DNA of 64,000 nt from positions 1 through 64,000 of the forward strand of contig CAWDKY010000034.1 in assembly GCA_963802945.1 (NCBI GenBank), written 5' to 3'. The notes under the pieces are model-generated. The model searched no databases and was not told the origin of the DNA. It saw only the letters and a program-made list of their open reading frames with translations. The number at the start of each line of letters is the position of its first letter. Positions within the stretch are counted from its first letter, which is position 1. Shown in pieces: positions 52,213 to 62,986 of the stretch. Source of the stretch: an uncultured delta proteobacterium (GTDB lineage Bacteria > Desulfobacterota > RBG-13-43-22). The position numbers and the translations under genes were made by a program.

Positions 52213-53486
52213 ATGACGGAAAAGAAGCATGCCCTAAAGGGATTAAGGGTACTCGATTTTACCTGGGTCTATGCTGGGCCGTTTGCAGCCAGGCAACTGG
52301 TTGACCTTGGGGCGGAAGTTATCAAAGTGGAGCCGACCGAAACAGGGGCCTTGGAACGGCATTATTCTCTTGTCCTGGAGCGTAACGGTGTCGCCCAGAG
52401 CAGTTACGCAGTTTTTTTGAACCGCGGGAAAAAGAGTTTGTCCATTAATTTAAAAACTGAAAAAGGATTGAGTATCATCAGGGCCCTCGCCGAGAAATCG
52501 GATATTGTCCTTTCCAATATGGCCCCCGGCACAATGAAAAGTCTTCAGCTCGGTTATGAAGATATCAAGAAAATCAATTCTCGAATCATTTACTGCGACA
52601 TCTCCTGTTTCGGGCATTATGGCTCTTTTGCCAATGAACCCGGTTTCGATATTATTGCCCAGGCGGCGAGCGGCTATTGCGGTCAGTCGGACCCTCCGAT
52701 GCCGGCACCTTTGGCCATCGGGGATTCCAATGCCGGCATGCATGCCACGGCAGCCATACTGGCAGCACTTTACTATCGGGAAAAAACAGGCATCGGACAA
52801 TATATCGACATCTCGATGACCGACTGTCTCTTTCACTCTCACGAAAATAATCCGCCGGGCTACCTCTTCAGTAATCGCAAGGTGTTGCCGGCTAAGAACA
52901 GCCGGTGGGCTTCCGCTTATTCTCCCCTTATGCCTTGATCAAAGGAAAAGATGGTTTCGTGGCCGTTGCCGCTCTCAGTGACGCCCTTTGGGAAAAGCTC
53001 GTCCAGGCCATGGGGCAGGATTATGCCTGGCTGATGACCCATCCAAGAACCAACGCCCTTGGGAAGCGCATTTCTTATGAGAATGCCCCCTTTGTCCATG
53101 CTCTACTGGAGGAATGGCTGCAAAAATTTGACACTGTAGAACAAGCCGAAGCGCTTCTTAGGAAAGCCGGTGTGCCGGCCATGAAGGTCCGCGGTTTTGA
53201 AGAAATCTGCGATGCCCCTTACCTTAAAGACAGAGAAATGCTGGTCAAGATCAAACAGCCCTTTGCCGGGGAAATTGAAATCTACAACAGTCCTTTCAGG
53301 ATGACGGAAACTCCGGGCAAAGTGATGGGATATGCCCCTTTGCTCGGTGAAAACAACCGTGAGATTCTTTCCAAGGATTTGGGGTATGGCGATGAAGCCA
53401 TTGACCAGCTTTTTGCCGAAGGCGTCCTCTATAAAGAAGAGGCCGTGGACAGGCTTCCTGAAGAATTGAAAAGGTTAAAGGAATAA
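52213..53486 (+). CDS. Family III CoA-transferase (CaiB/BaiF), frameshift near 52925
   Basis: LRVLDFT..AGP, GAEVIKVE, NRGKKS, IGD; C-terminal APLLGENN in frame 52905..53486. Confidence 0.9.
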
Positions 53487-53779
53487 AGCCAAACTCTGAT
53501 TGAAATTATTCAAATCAGATTGCTTATCTCACAGGGTGTCAATTCCGGAATTTTGAGCCGTTATCCGTCATCAACGATATTTGATATAGAAAACAGCCGC
53601 AATATCTCACATGAGTGATCTATTACAACTATTCAAAAGCGATTGTTCCGAAAATTAACGATTACGGATGGAAATATGGCAAAATTGGTTGGACTACCCG
53701 GCCTTGAATTTGAGGTGACATTGATCCCTTTTAGTTATAACCCTTTCCTTCTTTGAGGCTAACTCAGAACTTATCCAAT

Positions 53780-53804
53780 TGTCCAGTTTTTGGGGACCAC
53801 CTCA
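53780..53804. mobile_element. Isolated IS3-family-like terminal inverted repeat
   Basis: TGTCCAGTTTTTGGGGACCACCTCA; reads LSSFWGPP like IS3 transposase C-termini; no transposase present. Confidence 0.6.
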
Positions 53805-53843
53805 AAAGGATTGGACTGTTACTGTCTTAAAACTGACAACCTC
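53805..53843 (-). mobile_element. Possible IS256-like end abutting the leuC-like stop codon
   Basis: Minus strand GAGGTTGTCAGTTTTAAGACAG starts inside the TAG; family assignment from memory. Confidence 0.4.
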
Positions 53844-55096
53844 TAGTAATTCCTGGGATCAGCTATCTTGCCTTCCACGGCTGACGCTGCCACCGTGGCC
53901 GCAGAAGCCAGGTAAACTTTAGATTCAGGACTGCCCATCCGGCTCTTGAAATTACGGGTGATGGAGGCTATGCAAGTCTCTCCAGCTGCAAGGATCCCCA
54001 TATGAGCACCAAAGCAAGGTCCACAGCCGGGGTTACAAATGATCCCCCCTGATTCAACCAGTACGGACAGTATACCACGGCGCAATGCGGCTTTGTAGAC
54101 TTCAACAGATGCGGGGAAAACCAGCAAACGGACGTTTCCGTTCACTTTCCTATTTTTCAAGATCTTCGCCGCCGCCTTAAAGTCCTCCAACCGCCCATTG
54201 ACGCATGAACCCAACACTGCCTGGTTTATTTTGATGTCGCCTATCTCAGAAACCGGTCTAACGTTGTCCACTTCATGTGGCAAAGCCACCTGAGGTTCGA
54301 GATCTGAAACATCTACCTCGTACCTTGTCTCATAGGCAGCATCTTTATCTGAACAGGCGAGTTTATACCTCCGCTTTGTTCTTGGCGCCAGAAATCTCAC
54401 CGGCTTTTCATCAGGCTGAAAGAAACCAAACTCGGCCCCTAACTCTGCAGACATATTGCTCATCGCCATTCTGCTGGCCATGGTCAAGGCTTTCGCCGCA
54501 GGGCCGTTGAATTCCACAGCTTTATTCTGGGCTACTTCGGCAGAATACTTGCCGGCGATATATAAAATGATATCCTTCGATGTCACCCATTCCCGAAGCT
54601 TACCAGACAGGTGGAATTCTACAGTCTCTGGGACTTTAAACCAGAGTTTACCCGTAGCCAACACATAGGCCATTTACGATATGCCTATGCCTGTCCCAGC
54701 GGCCCCAAGCGCACCAAAGATGGTTGTATGGGAGTCAGTTCCCACAATCAGCTCCCCCGGAAAAACGTGTCCGTAATCGACTAGAACCTGCTGGCATATG
54801 CCGGCCTGCAGGCCGTAATAATTTCGTATTTTCAAAGTGTCCACGGCCTGTTCAGCAAACCTAACGGCTTCAGCCATTTGAATAGTAGGAGCAGGAGAGG
54901 CATGATCAATCATACAAACTATCTTGTCCGGATCCCAGACCTTCTTGATCCCCGCTTCTTTCAAAACTACATAGACTGCCGCCAACATATCATTAAGCAT
55001 GGCAACATCGATTGTGGGTACAATAAACTGTCCGGGCTCCACGAACTCTTTCCCGGCAGCGCGAGCCAGTATTTTTTGTGCCAGAGTCATGCCCAT
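53843..55096 (-). CDS. Aconitase-family large subunit (LeuC/HacA/DmdA-like) with in-frame TAA at 54674-54676
   Basis: MTLAQKIL, DH, GTDSHT, GSCVNGR, GCGPC, TRNF; two ORFs in the same frame, GIGIS*MAY where the family has SEMA. Confidence 0.9.
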
Positions 55097-55119
55097 TGAA
55101 TTACTCCTGCAATACTGCA

Positions 55120-56193
55120 CTATTTAATTTGACTTAAAACGGCTTTGGCAAAATCGGTGGTAGAAGTATTGCCTCCCTGATCATAGGTCATATATTTCCC
55201 CTCCCTGTATACGGCTTCCACCGCACTCTCGAGGGCATTTGCTTCCGCATTCATACCAAGGTATTCTAACATAAGCCCGGCTGACAGAATGGTAGCGGTT
55301 GGATTGATCACGTTTTTTTTGGCGTATTTCGGCGCAGAGCCGTGCACGGGTTCAAAGTAAGCGACTTTGCCTCCCAAGCAGGCGCTGCCTGCCATGCCAA
55401 GCCCGCCGACCAACTCCGAAGCTTCGTCAGCCAGCACATCACCGAACATATTAGAGGTTACGAGCACATCGAATGACCGCGGGTATTTGAGCAACCTTCT
55501 CGCCGTATCGTCTACGTAGAATTGTTCATAATTTAGGCCGGCATATTTTGCGGCTTCGTCCTGCACGATCTGCTCAAACAAATGGTCCGTTTGCCAAAGC
55601 ACATTGGACTTGCTGACACAAGTTAATTTACCTGTATGCCCTTTGCGTTTTCTACTCAGAGCATATTCGCAGGCAAATTTGGCCAGTCTCTGGACTCCTT
55701 TTTCCGAAATGATCCTGACAGCGAACTTGCCTTTTCCGAAATCGGAAAATGACTTGCCAAATAAATTCCTATATTCCGGCAGCTTAGCACTTAGCAGTTC
55801 CAGGTCCCCCTCGGCAAAGCTATACAGGCCCTCGCTGTTCTCTCTAAGGATTACAAAATCAATGTCTTGCGGATTCTTCAGACAACTTTGAACACCGGCG
55901 AAATACTTGACCGGCCGAATATTCACGAAATTATCCAGTACCCACCGCAGGTAAGCCAGTATAGCCGTGCTCGTGGTCCCGGTCGCACCGAACAATATAG
56001 CCTTAGCGTTGTCACACAATGTCCTGGTCTCTTCAGGAAATGCATTCCCGTATTTTTCCTGGGCCATCTCACCGGCCATCGGTTTGAGAACTTCAAGGGC
56101 AAATCCAGCTCCCTCTAAGATATAGCAGGCAGCGTCAACTACTTCTGGCCCAACGCCATCACCACCTAAAGCTACGATGGTTTTCTTACTCAT
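55120..56193 (-). CDS. Isocitrate/isopropylmalate/tartrate dehydrogenase family protein
   Basis: GDGVGPEV, NIRP, RENSEGLY, NMFGDVLAD, FEPVHGSAP. Confidence 0.93.
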   Translation of the reverse strand: MSKKTIVALGGDGVGPEVVDAACYILEGAGFALEVLKPMAGEMAQEKYGNAFPEETRTLCDNAKAILFGATGTTSTAILAYLRWVLDNFVNIRPVKYFAGVQSCLKNPQDIDFVILRENSEGLYSFAEGDLELLSAKLPEYRNLFGKSFSDFGKGKFAVRIISEKGVQRLAKFACEYALSRKRKGHTGKLTCVSKSNVLWQTDHLFEQIVQDEAAKYAGLNYEQFYVDDTARRLLKYPRSFDVLVTSNMFGDVLADEASELVGGLGMAGSACLGGKVAYFEPVHGSAPKYAKKNVINPTATILSAGLMLEYLGMNAEANALESAVEAVYREGKYMTYDQGGNTSTTDFAKAVLSQIK

Positions 56194-56237
56194 CTTGGCC
56201 TCTCCTTCATTGGTGCAAACTTATTCACAAAAACTTC

Positions 56238-56969
56238 CTATATCGAAAGTAAATGGGCTACAAGCTCATCCGGAGCCGCAAAAAAAGGGGCATGGCCGGT
56301 CTTCATCTGGATGATCCGGTCACATGGTGTCGCCGTATACATCCGCTCCTGCACATCCGGCAGAAGCCCTTTGTCTTTTTTGGTCGTGATGTAGATTTTC
56401 CTCACACGTCCGAAGCGCTCGGCGGTCAACTTTATCGGTGTATTTGAGGGGCCTATTGGTTCTGCATGGAGAAGCAAGCGGGCAAGGCAAATATCTTCGT
56501 CCGTGCAGTCTTTATAAAACTGTTCCCTTATGAGGCCCTCACGCATTTTCGCCGTTTGCCTGTCATCAGACAGTATCGCTCTACTGTGGACAGGAGATCT
56601 AGTCTGCGCCCGGTTCTTGATCACCGAGTCACCAGGGTATAGCAAAGTCCCACCCACATAGACCAGCGCCTCCACTTGGTCAGGGCGGTACTCAGCGGCC
56701 TGACTGATCACCACACCACCGCGGCTATGACCAACCAGAATGACAGGCTCAGGCTGCTGATCAATGATCTGGCAGATAAATTGGGCCCAGCCCTCCAATG
56801 AGGCCTCGCCGACCGGGGCTTTACTCATGCCTGTGCCAGGCAAATCCTGAGCGATAACGCTTTGCCCGGCTTTTTCTAGGCGGGTGATCACCTTGTACCA
56901 TGACCATGCTCCGTGAAAGGCACCGGGAATCAGGATATACGTCTTCTTGCGGTTCTTTTGGTTTTTCAT
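56238..56969 (-). CDS. Methylesterase-like alpha/beta hydrolase, copy 1
   Basis: PGAFHGAWSW, GHSRGG, KD, TGHAPF. Confidence 0.88.
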   Translation of the reverse strand: MKNQKNRKKTYILIPGAFHGAWSWYKVITRLEKAGQSVIAQDLPGTGMSKAPVGEASLEGWAQFICQIIDQQPEPVILVGHSRGGVVISQAAEYRPDQVEALVYVGGTLLYPGDSVIKNRAQTRSPVHSRAILSDDRQTAKMREGLIREQFYKDCTDEDICLARLLLHAEPIGPSNTPIKLTAERFGRVRKIYITTKKDKGLLPDVQERMYTATPCDRIIQMKTGHAPFFAAPDELVAHLLSI

Positions 56970-56988
56970 CACCTTCCTCCTATCAAGA

Positions 56989-57315
56989 TCATATTTTCAC
57001 TTGTAGATTCATGAGGGGAACGTGCTGCTGAGCACCGAAAACATCAGTGTCCCCGGGGCTTGCAGAGCTAATCCATCGCTTTAAGGTGATTTTTAGTGCT
57101 ACTGCCGGTTCAAAAAATGTTATCTCATGTATGTCGTCTTCTCTTATCCTGTAGATTTCTGCAATCCTGTGCCTTGTAATAGCTCCTGAATCGCGTACGA
57201 TTTTAAATGTTGCCTCGTCTTTAAAGAATACGTCAAGGGTGATAAGAAATGGCCCCGCGTTCTTGCTTCTGATAACAGTTGCCAAATCCGACAATTTGAG
57301 TGTCTTTTTATCCAT
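56989..57315 (-). CDS. DUF4387 family protein
   Basis: IRSKNAGPF..TLDVFF, ALKIT, DVFGAQQHVPL. Confidence 0.88.
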   Translation of the reverse strand: MDKKTLKLSDLATVIRSKNAGPFLITLDVFFKDEATFKIVRDSGAITRHRIAEIYRIREDDIHEITFFEPAVALKITLKRWISSASPGDTDVFGAQQHVPLMNLQVKI

Positions 57316-58692
57316 TGCCCACCTCCTCGGTTTCAATAGGGAAATATTCAAGCGGGTCGTCTACTTCCATGAGATGATACATGCTGAAGCGGTGTACCGG
57401 GCCTACCGGTATATCCTGAGGAGAAAACGGAAATGCCAGGTTTCCGGCAGTGGAACGCCTTCCCGGGAAGCCGTAGTGAAGTATCAGGGCATGAGCGAAA
57501 AAGCAGATGCTTGAAGCCTGCTGCTGCGTTGCGGCAATTGACTCTATGAGAAGGCCCACCTCGTGCCCTCGAAACGTTTCTGTTTCAAGCGGACCCATTA
57601 CGCCGTTTTTACCGTAAACGTGGAAGTACAGCGACCACTCATCGGGCTTGAAATCACTGAACTGCTCCGTTGTTCTTTTCCGTGCCTGTTGAAGAATTTC
57701 ATCCAGATGTTCGATGGCGCCCGGGTCGCGTATCCCGGCTATGCTGATGGTGCGGTAACCGACCAGTTCTGCGGCTTCGAGCTTTATGCGGTAGATTCTG
57801 TCCGGCGAGAACCTGCTCCCGGTGATCATCACGCTCCTATCGGTTTCCTGTTTGAAAGAAACCCCATCCAGGTTTACAACTCCTCCAGGTTCGTGAAGAT
57901 GCCATGGATCGGACGCCTCGTAAAGACTGTGAGCGGCTACAGATTTTACTGTGCATTTTCGCGCCGGATTCATCGGTTCCACTATAAAATGATCCTTCCT
58001 CAGAGTGCCGAGCATTACGTCGCTGCCGCTTCCGGGTTCTGCAGCGATGGCGCCGCATTCAAGTATTTTCCCCATGTGAATCGACAGGCCCGCATCAAAT
58101 CCATTCAGAATAGGCGTGGCAGCGAACATACTAGGATCGCTGGCTCTGCCGGCGACTATTACCTGAGCTCCAAGTTCAAGCCGCGGACAAATGGCTCTAT
58201 CCCCATCTGCGCGACTATGCGCACGGCGCGGTCCACATCACTTACTGTAAGCTCGGGCACCGGCCCGAGGGGGGTTATCCTGCCCTCAAGGAGTTTCCTC
58301 TTGACAACTGCAGGATCAATCTCTGCCTTTATCATGCCGAGGCGAAATTTCAAGCCCTCCTGTTCGGCAATCTTTTTAACAAGCATAGATATTCCCGTCA
58401 TATGTAAGTTTCCGCCTGCGCCTCCTGCTGATCCGATGATCAGAGGTATGCCGGCCTTGACAGCTTCTCGAAGCAGGGGGCGAAGATCAGCGGTCATTGT
58501 CCGAATAAAGTCGCCCAAATTTCCGAGCTCACCACTGCCGGCCTGTATTCCGAGATAATAAGGGCCCGCGTCGGTTGACCCTGCGTCAACAGCTATCGCA
58601 TGCGGTTTCCTTCTCATTCCCTCTTCTAGTGATTCAGGGGGAAAGCCGTAGCCGAGAATTGCAGTCGGTGACAAAATACGTATTTCGTCCAT
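57308..58692 (-). CDS. AtuA-like (DUF1446) protein, frameshift near 58165
   Basis: LSPTAILGYGF, DAGSTDAGPYYLG, GSAGGAG, VAQMG; then HMGKILECG, AHSLYE, GIRDP, TAGNLAFPFSP. Confidence 0.88.
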
Positions 58693-58789
58693 TTAACAAC
58701 CTCCTAAATTGATTTATCCTTTATATAGGAATCTCATGTGACCAGAGAGTCCTTAGTGTAAGTTAATTATCAAGATGTACAACGACTTC

Positions 58790-59527
58790 CTATATTGACA
58801 ATAAATATGCCACAAGCTCATCAGGAGCCTCAAAAAAAGGGGCATGGCCGGTATTCACCTGGATAATCCGGTCACATGGTGTCGCCGTATACATCCGCTC
58901 CTGCACATCCGGCAGAAGCCGTTTGTCCTTTTTAGTTGTGATGTAGATTTTCCTCACACGTCCGAAGCGCTCGGGAGTCAATTGTATCGGCGTATTCGAG
59001 GGACCTATTGGTTCGGCATGAAGAAGCAAGCGGGCAAGACAAATATCTTCGTCCGTACAGTCTTCATAAAACTGTTCCCTTATGAGGTCCTCACGCATTT
59101 TCGCTGTTTGCCTGTCATCAGACAGTATCACTCCGCTGTAGCTACGGATAGGAGAGCCATTCTGCGCGTGGTTATTGATCAGAGAATCACCAGGGTATAA
59201 AAGATTTCCAGCCACATAAACCAGTGCATCTACTTTATCAGGGCGGTACTCAGCGGCCTGGCTTATCACAATACCGCCACGACTATGACCAACCAGAATG
59301 ACAGGCTCAGGCTGCCGATCAATGATCTGGCAGACAAATTCGGCCCAGCCTTCCAATGAGGCCTCGCTGACCGGGGCTTTGCACATGCCTGTGCCAGGCA
59401 GATCCGGAGCGATAACACATTGCCCGGCCTTTTCCAGGCGGGTGATCACCTTGTACCATGACCACGCCCCATGAAAAGCACCGGGAATCAGGATATACGT
59501 CCTCTTTCGATTCTTTTGGTTTTTCAT
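58790..59527 (-). CDS. Methylesterase-like alpha/beta hydrolase, copy 2
   Basis: Near-identical to copy 1; GHSRGG, TGHAPF. Confidence 0.88.
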   Translation of the reverse strand: MKNQKNRKRTYILIPGAFHGAWSWYKVITRLEKAGQCVIAPDLPGTGMCKAPVSEASLEGWAEFVCQIIDRQPEPVILVGHSRGGIVISQAAEYRPDKVDALVYVAGNLLYPGDSLINNHAQNGSPIRSYSGVILSDDRQTAKMREDLIREQFYEDCTDEDICLARLLLHAEPIGPSNTPIQLTPERFGRVRKIYITTKKDKRLLPDVQERMYTATPCDRIIQVNTGHAPFFEAPDELVAYLLSI

Positions 59528-59781
59528 CGCCTTCCTTCTATCATCATTTTCCATTTATTCATTATAGGGAGAACTGTGGTCTGCGCTCTCTTTATTTTTT
59601 GAATGAAGTTTAATGGTATCATCCGGTTTTTAACAATTTTCTTCTCTATGTACAATTCCATTAAATTCTTACATTAGATCATCTGAGAATTTATCTCTAA
59701 CATTTTACATTTAAAAAACGGAAGTATTGCTCAGCCATGTCGATATTTAAGGGATATCACTTCGCTGGAAACTTACAACGG

Positions 59782-60638
59782 TCAGCCCTTGTATTTCTCA
59801 TCGAGACTAAGTTTTTCATTCAGTCCCACGACCGATGTGAATTCATCAAATTGCATCATTTTGTCTAATATCGCTAGGCTATTTCCTTTTTCCAGCAGGT
59901 GGTCAAAAGCGTCGGACATTGCTTTTGCCGCCGTATAGACCCCCGTCAATGGATAACCCACGCTGACAAAACCTATTTCCTTAAGTTCCTCAATCGGCGT
60001 GAGCGGCGTTTTTCCGCCTTCGATCATATTGGACGTTACCGTAGCCTTGATACCGGATGCTATGCGCCTCATCTCTTCCTTATTATTAGCTGCATCCACA
60101 AAAATCACGTCGGCCCCCGCTGCTTTATACAGGTTTCCACGTCTAACGGCTTCTTCAACACCGTGAGTGGCAACAGAATCCGTCCTGGCCACTATTATAA
60201 GGCTTTTTTTACCTCTGGCTTCCACTGCGGCCTTTATTTTCTGGACATGCTCTTCCGCTTCTATAACAGCCTTTCCGCGCATGTGACCGCAGCGCTTGGG
60301 CCAGGTCTGATCCTCAAGAAGCACGCCGCCCCTATTCCTATCAGTTCTTTGACCATCTGCATTAAGTTTAGCGCGCTTCCGTAACCGGTATCTCCGTCAA
60401 CAATAACCGGGATTGTAACGGCGTTGATAATTCTCCTGGCCACATCCAGGATCTCTGTCTTCGTTAAAAGACCTAGGTCCGGCTCCCCGAGAAGAGAGGC
60501 GGCTACAGCATAGCCGGATACTACAACTGCTTTAAATCCCGCCCTCTCTGCCAGCTTGGCGCTGAGTGCGTCGTATACTCCAACGGATAAAGCTATCTCT
60601 CCATTCTCAACCAATGGATGAATCCTATTCTTTGACAT
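59782..60638 (-). CDS. Isocitrate lyase/PEP mutase family lyase (PrpB/Dml-like), frameshift near 60330
   Basis: YDALSA, SGY, DGDTGYG; EDQTWPKRCGH, ARTD, NMIEGGKTP. Confidence 0.9.
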
Positions 60639-60725
60639 ACTTAAACCTTCTTTTCTTGGATTTTGATGATTGCTATAAAAATGGATTTCGGCGGTAGCCT
60701 GTCGCGACTTGCCATTTATTCGATT

Positions 60726-62276
60726 CTATCCCAGCTTCATTTCAATAAAATGAGGACCCGTCTCCGCCAGGGCCTTTTTCAGTTCTTTCGCCAGATCGTC
60801 ACAAGAATCTACGGATACGGCGGGGACGCCCAGGCCCCGACTCAAGTTGATCCAGTCGATGGAGGGATGGCCGAGATCGATGAGCGACGAGACTTCCGGC
60901 CCCGCCAATTTGTATCCGGCCCGTGCGTACTCGATCTCCAATATGGCATAGCGATTGTTCTTGAAAAGCAGTGTGGTCACGTTTAAGCCTTCCCGCGCCT
61001 GTGTCCAAAGGGCCTGCACCGTATACATAGCGCTGCCGTCGGCCTGAAGATTGATCACCGCCCGGTCGGGGCAGGCGATGGCCGCCCCTGTAGCGCAGGG
61101 CATACCCCAGCCGATAGCGCCGCCCATATTGGTCAGATAGGTATGAGGTGTCAAACCGGCATCCATGAGGAGATACGCGCCGCTCGACGTGATACCCTCA
61201 TCGACAATAATGGCATTTTCCGGCTGGAGGGCGGCGACGGTTAGGCAGGCCAGCCCTCTGGATAATGCTCCATTAGGGACTTCTGGTTTTTGATAATCTC
61301 CGGGTGAATCGCTCTCATCGGATTTACCCCCTCCTTTACTCACCGAATCGGCCAGGGCTTCAATGGCCTCAAGGGCGTTTTGTCTCTCCCCGTCGATGCG
61401 GATCGTCTTTGCCGCTTCACTGATGAGCTTGCTTTGTCCGTCTCGATAACCGAAAACGGCCACGGGGATGACGGCACCAACCAGGATCACCACATCAAAA
61501 GGTGAGAGCATTTTGATTGCCTCTTCTGGAAAATAAGGCATTCGGCGGGGCGATGGCAGACCGGCGCCGCGTTCCATATAGCCTGGAAACATGTTAAGCA
61601 TAAGCTCGCATCCTGTGAGGGCTTGAATCCGGAGCGCCGTTTTCAGACCCCGCTCACGCAAAACACGCCCACCCAGGATTATCAAAGGTTTTTTTGCCTC
61701 TTTAAGAGACTTGGCAGCATCCTCTATCGTTTTGGGGTCTATGGGATCGTAGGAAAAATCCATTTGGGCAATCATGCCGGAAGATTCCAGCCACTGTGAA
61801 TCATTGGGAACAATGAGCGTTGCAACGCCGCCGTAAAGGGAGGCATTAATAGCCTCTGCCGTATCGGTTGCGAGCATTTCGACGGAAACGTTACGGCGCT
61901 GCCATCGGGAAACGGTTTTTGCCAGGGATAAAATATCCATCGTCAGGGGGGCGTCGGCAGCAAGATGCCAGGAGGCATGGTCTCCAATAATATTGACGAC
62001 GGGGACATTGGCGCGCCTCGCATTATGGAGATTGGCAATACCGTTTCCCAGCCCCGGTCCAAGATGTAGCAGGGTCAGGGCGGGCTTGTCTTTCATACGA
62101 CTAAAACCGTCGGCGGCACCGGTGCAGACGCCCTCGAACAAGCCCAGCACCGGTTTTATCTCTCGAATATTATCAAAAGCCGCAACGATGGGCATTTCCG
62201 TTGTGCCCGGGTTGGCAAAGCATACCTCAACTCCTGCCGCTGCCGCTGTTTTCAGCATTATTTCTGCTCCGTTCAT
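60726..62276 (-). CDS. ThDP-dependent acetolactate synthase large-subunit-like protein
   Basis: MNGAE, FANPGTTEM, LFEGVCTGAADG, ADGSAMYT..NNRY; RBS before ATG 62276. Confidence 0.9.
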   Translation of the reverse strand: MNGAEIMLKTAAAAGVEVCFANPGTTEMPIVAAFDNIREIKPVLGLFEGVCTGAADGFSRMKDKPALTLLHLGPGLGNGIANLHNARRANVPVVNIIGDHASWHLAADAPLTMDILSLAKTVSRWQRRNVSVEMLATDTAEAINASLYGGVATLIVPNDSQWLESSGMIAQMDFSYDPIDPKTIEDAAKSLKEAKKPLIILGGRVLRERGLKTALRIQALTGCELMLNMFPGYMERGAGLPSPRRMPYFPEEAIKMLSPFDVVILVGAVIPVAVFGYRDGQSKLISEAAKTIRIDGERQNALEAIEALADSVSKGGGKSDESDSPGDYQKPEVPNGALSRGLACLTVAALQPENAIIVDEGITSSGAYLLMDAGLTPHTYLTNMGGAIGWGMPCATGAAIACPDRAVINLQADGSAMYTVQALWTQAREGLNVTTLLFKNNRYAILEIEYARAGYKLAGPEVSSLIDLGHPSIDWINLSRGLGVPAVSVDSCDDLAKELKKALAETGPHFIEMKLG

Positions 62277-62306
62277 AGCTTCCCTCTTTATTTCTTCAAC
62301 TATTAA

Positions 62307-62595
62307 GGGTCTCAAAATAATATCAACATAATAGGACCGGAGGGTCTTTTTTGGGGGTTGTCCACCCTGAAACTGGGAGCTTCTTTACCGGGCCAATGAT
62401 TTAACTAAATCAGAAGCAGGCCTTCACCTGAGCTGGAAACGGGCTGCGGTGTATATGCCCTGCCTCGAATCAAGCTTTGCTGGACGGGCCGGGATAAGGC
62501 TATAAATTACCCTTTGGACAAATCCCCCCAAAAAGACCCTCCGGTCCTATGTTAGGCAAGCCCAACCGCTTCATGTCAAGATTATTATGAGACCC
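62307..62595. mobile_element. ~290-bp MITE flanked by TTAA, with nested inverted repeats
   Basis: GGGTCTCAAAATAAT / ATTATTATGAGACCC, TTAA on both sides; inner IR ATAGGACCGGAGGGTCTTTTT..TGTCCA / TGGACA..AAAAAGACCCTCCGGTCCTAT. Confidence 0.8.
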
Positions 62596-62773
62596 TTAAT
62601 AATTCTGGTCAAGGACAGTGAATCCTCCAGCTTCTGCCTTTATCACATCCATGTCACCTTTGATCACATGGGCGTTCTTGAAGAGACTGTCAGTATATGA
62701 AACGAATTCCCGCATACCAACACCGTGATCATCGTACAGATTCTAACGCAAATGTCTTGGTTTGACTGACCAT

Positions 62774-62856
62774 TTGACAAAAATAATAAATCCAGTTATT
62801 ATGTTCTACATATTAAAACGATGTTCTTTATTACACTACGTTGTATGGTTTGTCAA
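62774..62856. promoter_or_regulatory. Overlapping sigma70 promoters on opposite strands with a possible IclR operator
   Basis: Plus: TTGACA(62774)-17-TATTAT; minus: TTGACA(62856)-17-TAATAA; imperfect palindrome GTTCTACATATTAAAAC between them. Confidence 0.6.
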
Positions 62857-62943
62857 GCGGTTTAATAATCAAATTTCTTTTATTTTTGCATAAAAACTGT
62901 TATTAATATAAGTAAATAAAATAGATAAGCTAAAGGTTCAAAT

Positions 62944-62970
62944 GAACCTCCCCGCAGCAAGTTACGGGGA
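62944..62970. repeat. IS200/IS605-end-like hairpin
   Basis: GAACCTCCCCGCAGCAAGTTACGGGGA (CCCCG..CGGGG stem). Confidence 0.4.
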
Positions 62971-62986
62971 ATTGCAAATTAAAAAA

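Noticed and set aside
53534-53562. TGTCAATTCCGGAATTTTGAGCCG as an IS21-like end or attC site
   Set aside because: No partner repeat, transposase or integrase; resemblance is weak
54674-54676. Recoded stop (Sec/Pyl) in the LeuC-like gene
   Set aside because: The codon is TAA at a position where the family has Glu (GAA); a point change or error is simpler
46195-60638. Split purF, kdsD, CoA-transferase, AtuA-like and lyase genes as true pseudogenes
   Set aside because: Single indels in otherwise intact sequences, including housekeeping genes; reads are needed to decide
62600-62740. Short minus-strand frame (MREFVSYTDSLFKNAHVIKGDMDV..) as a leader peptide or gene remnant
   Set aside because: No clear RBS or recognisable family
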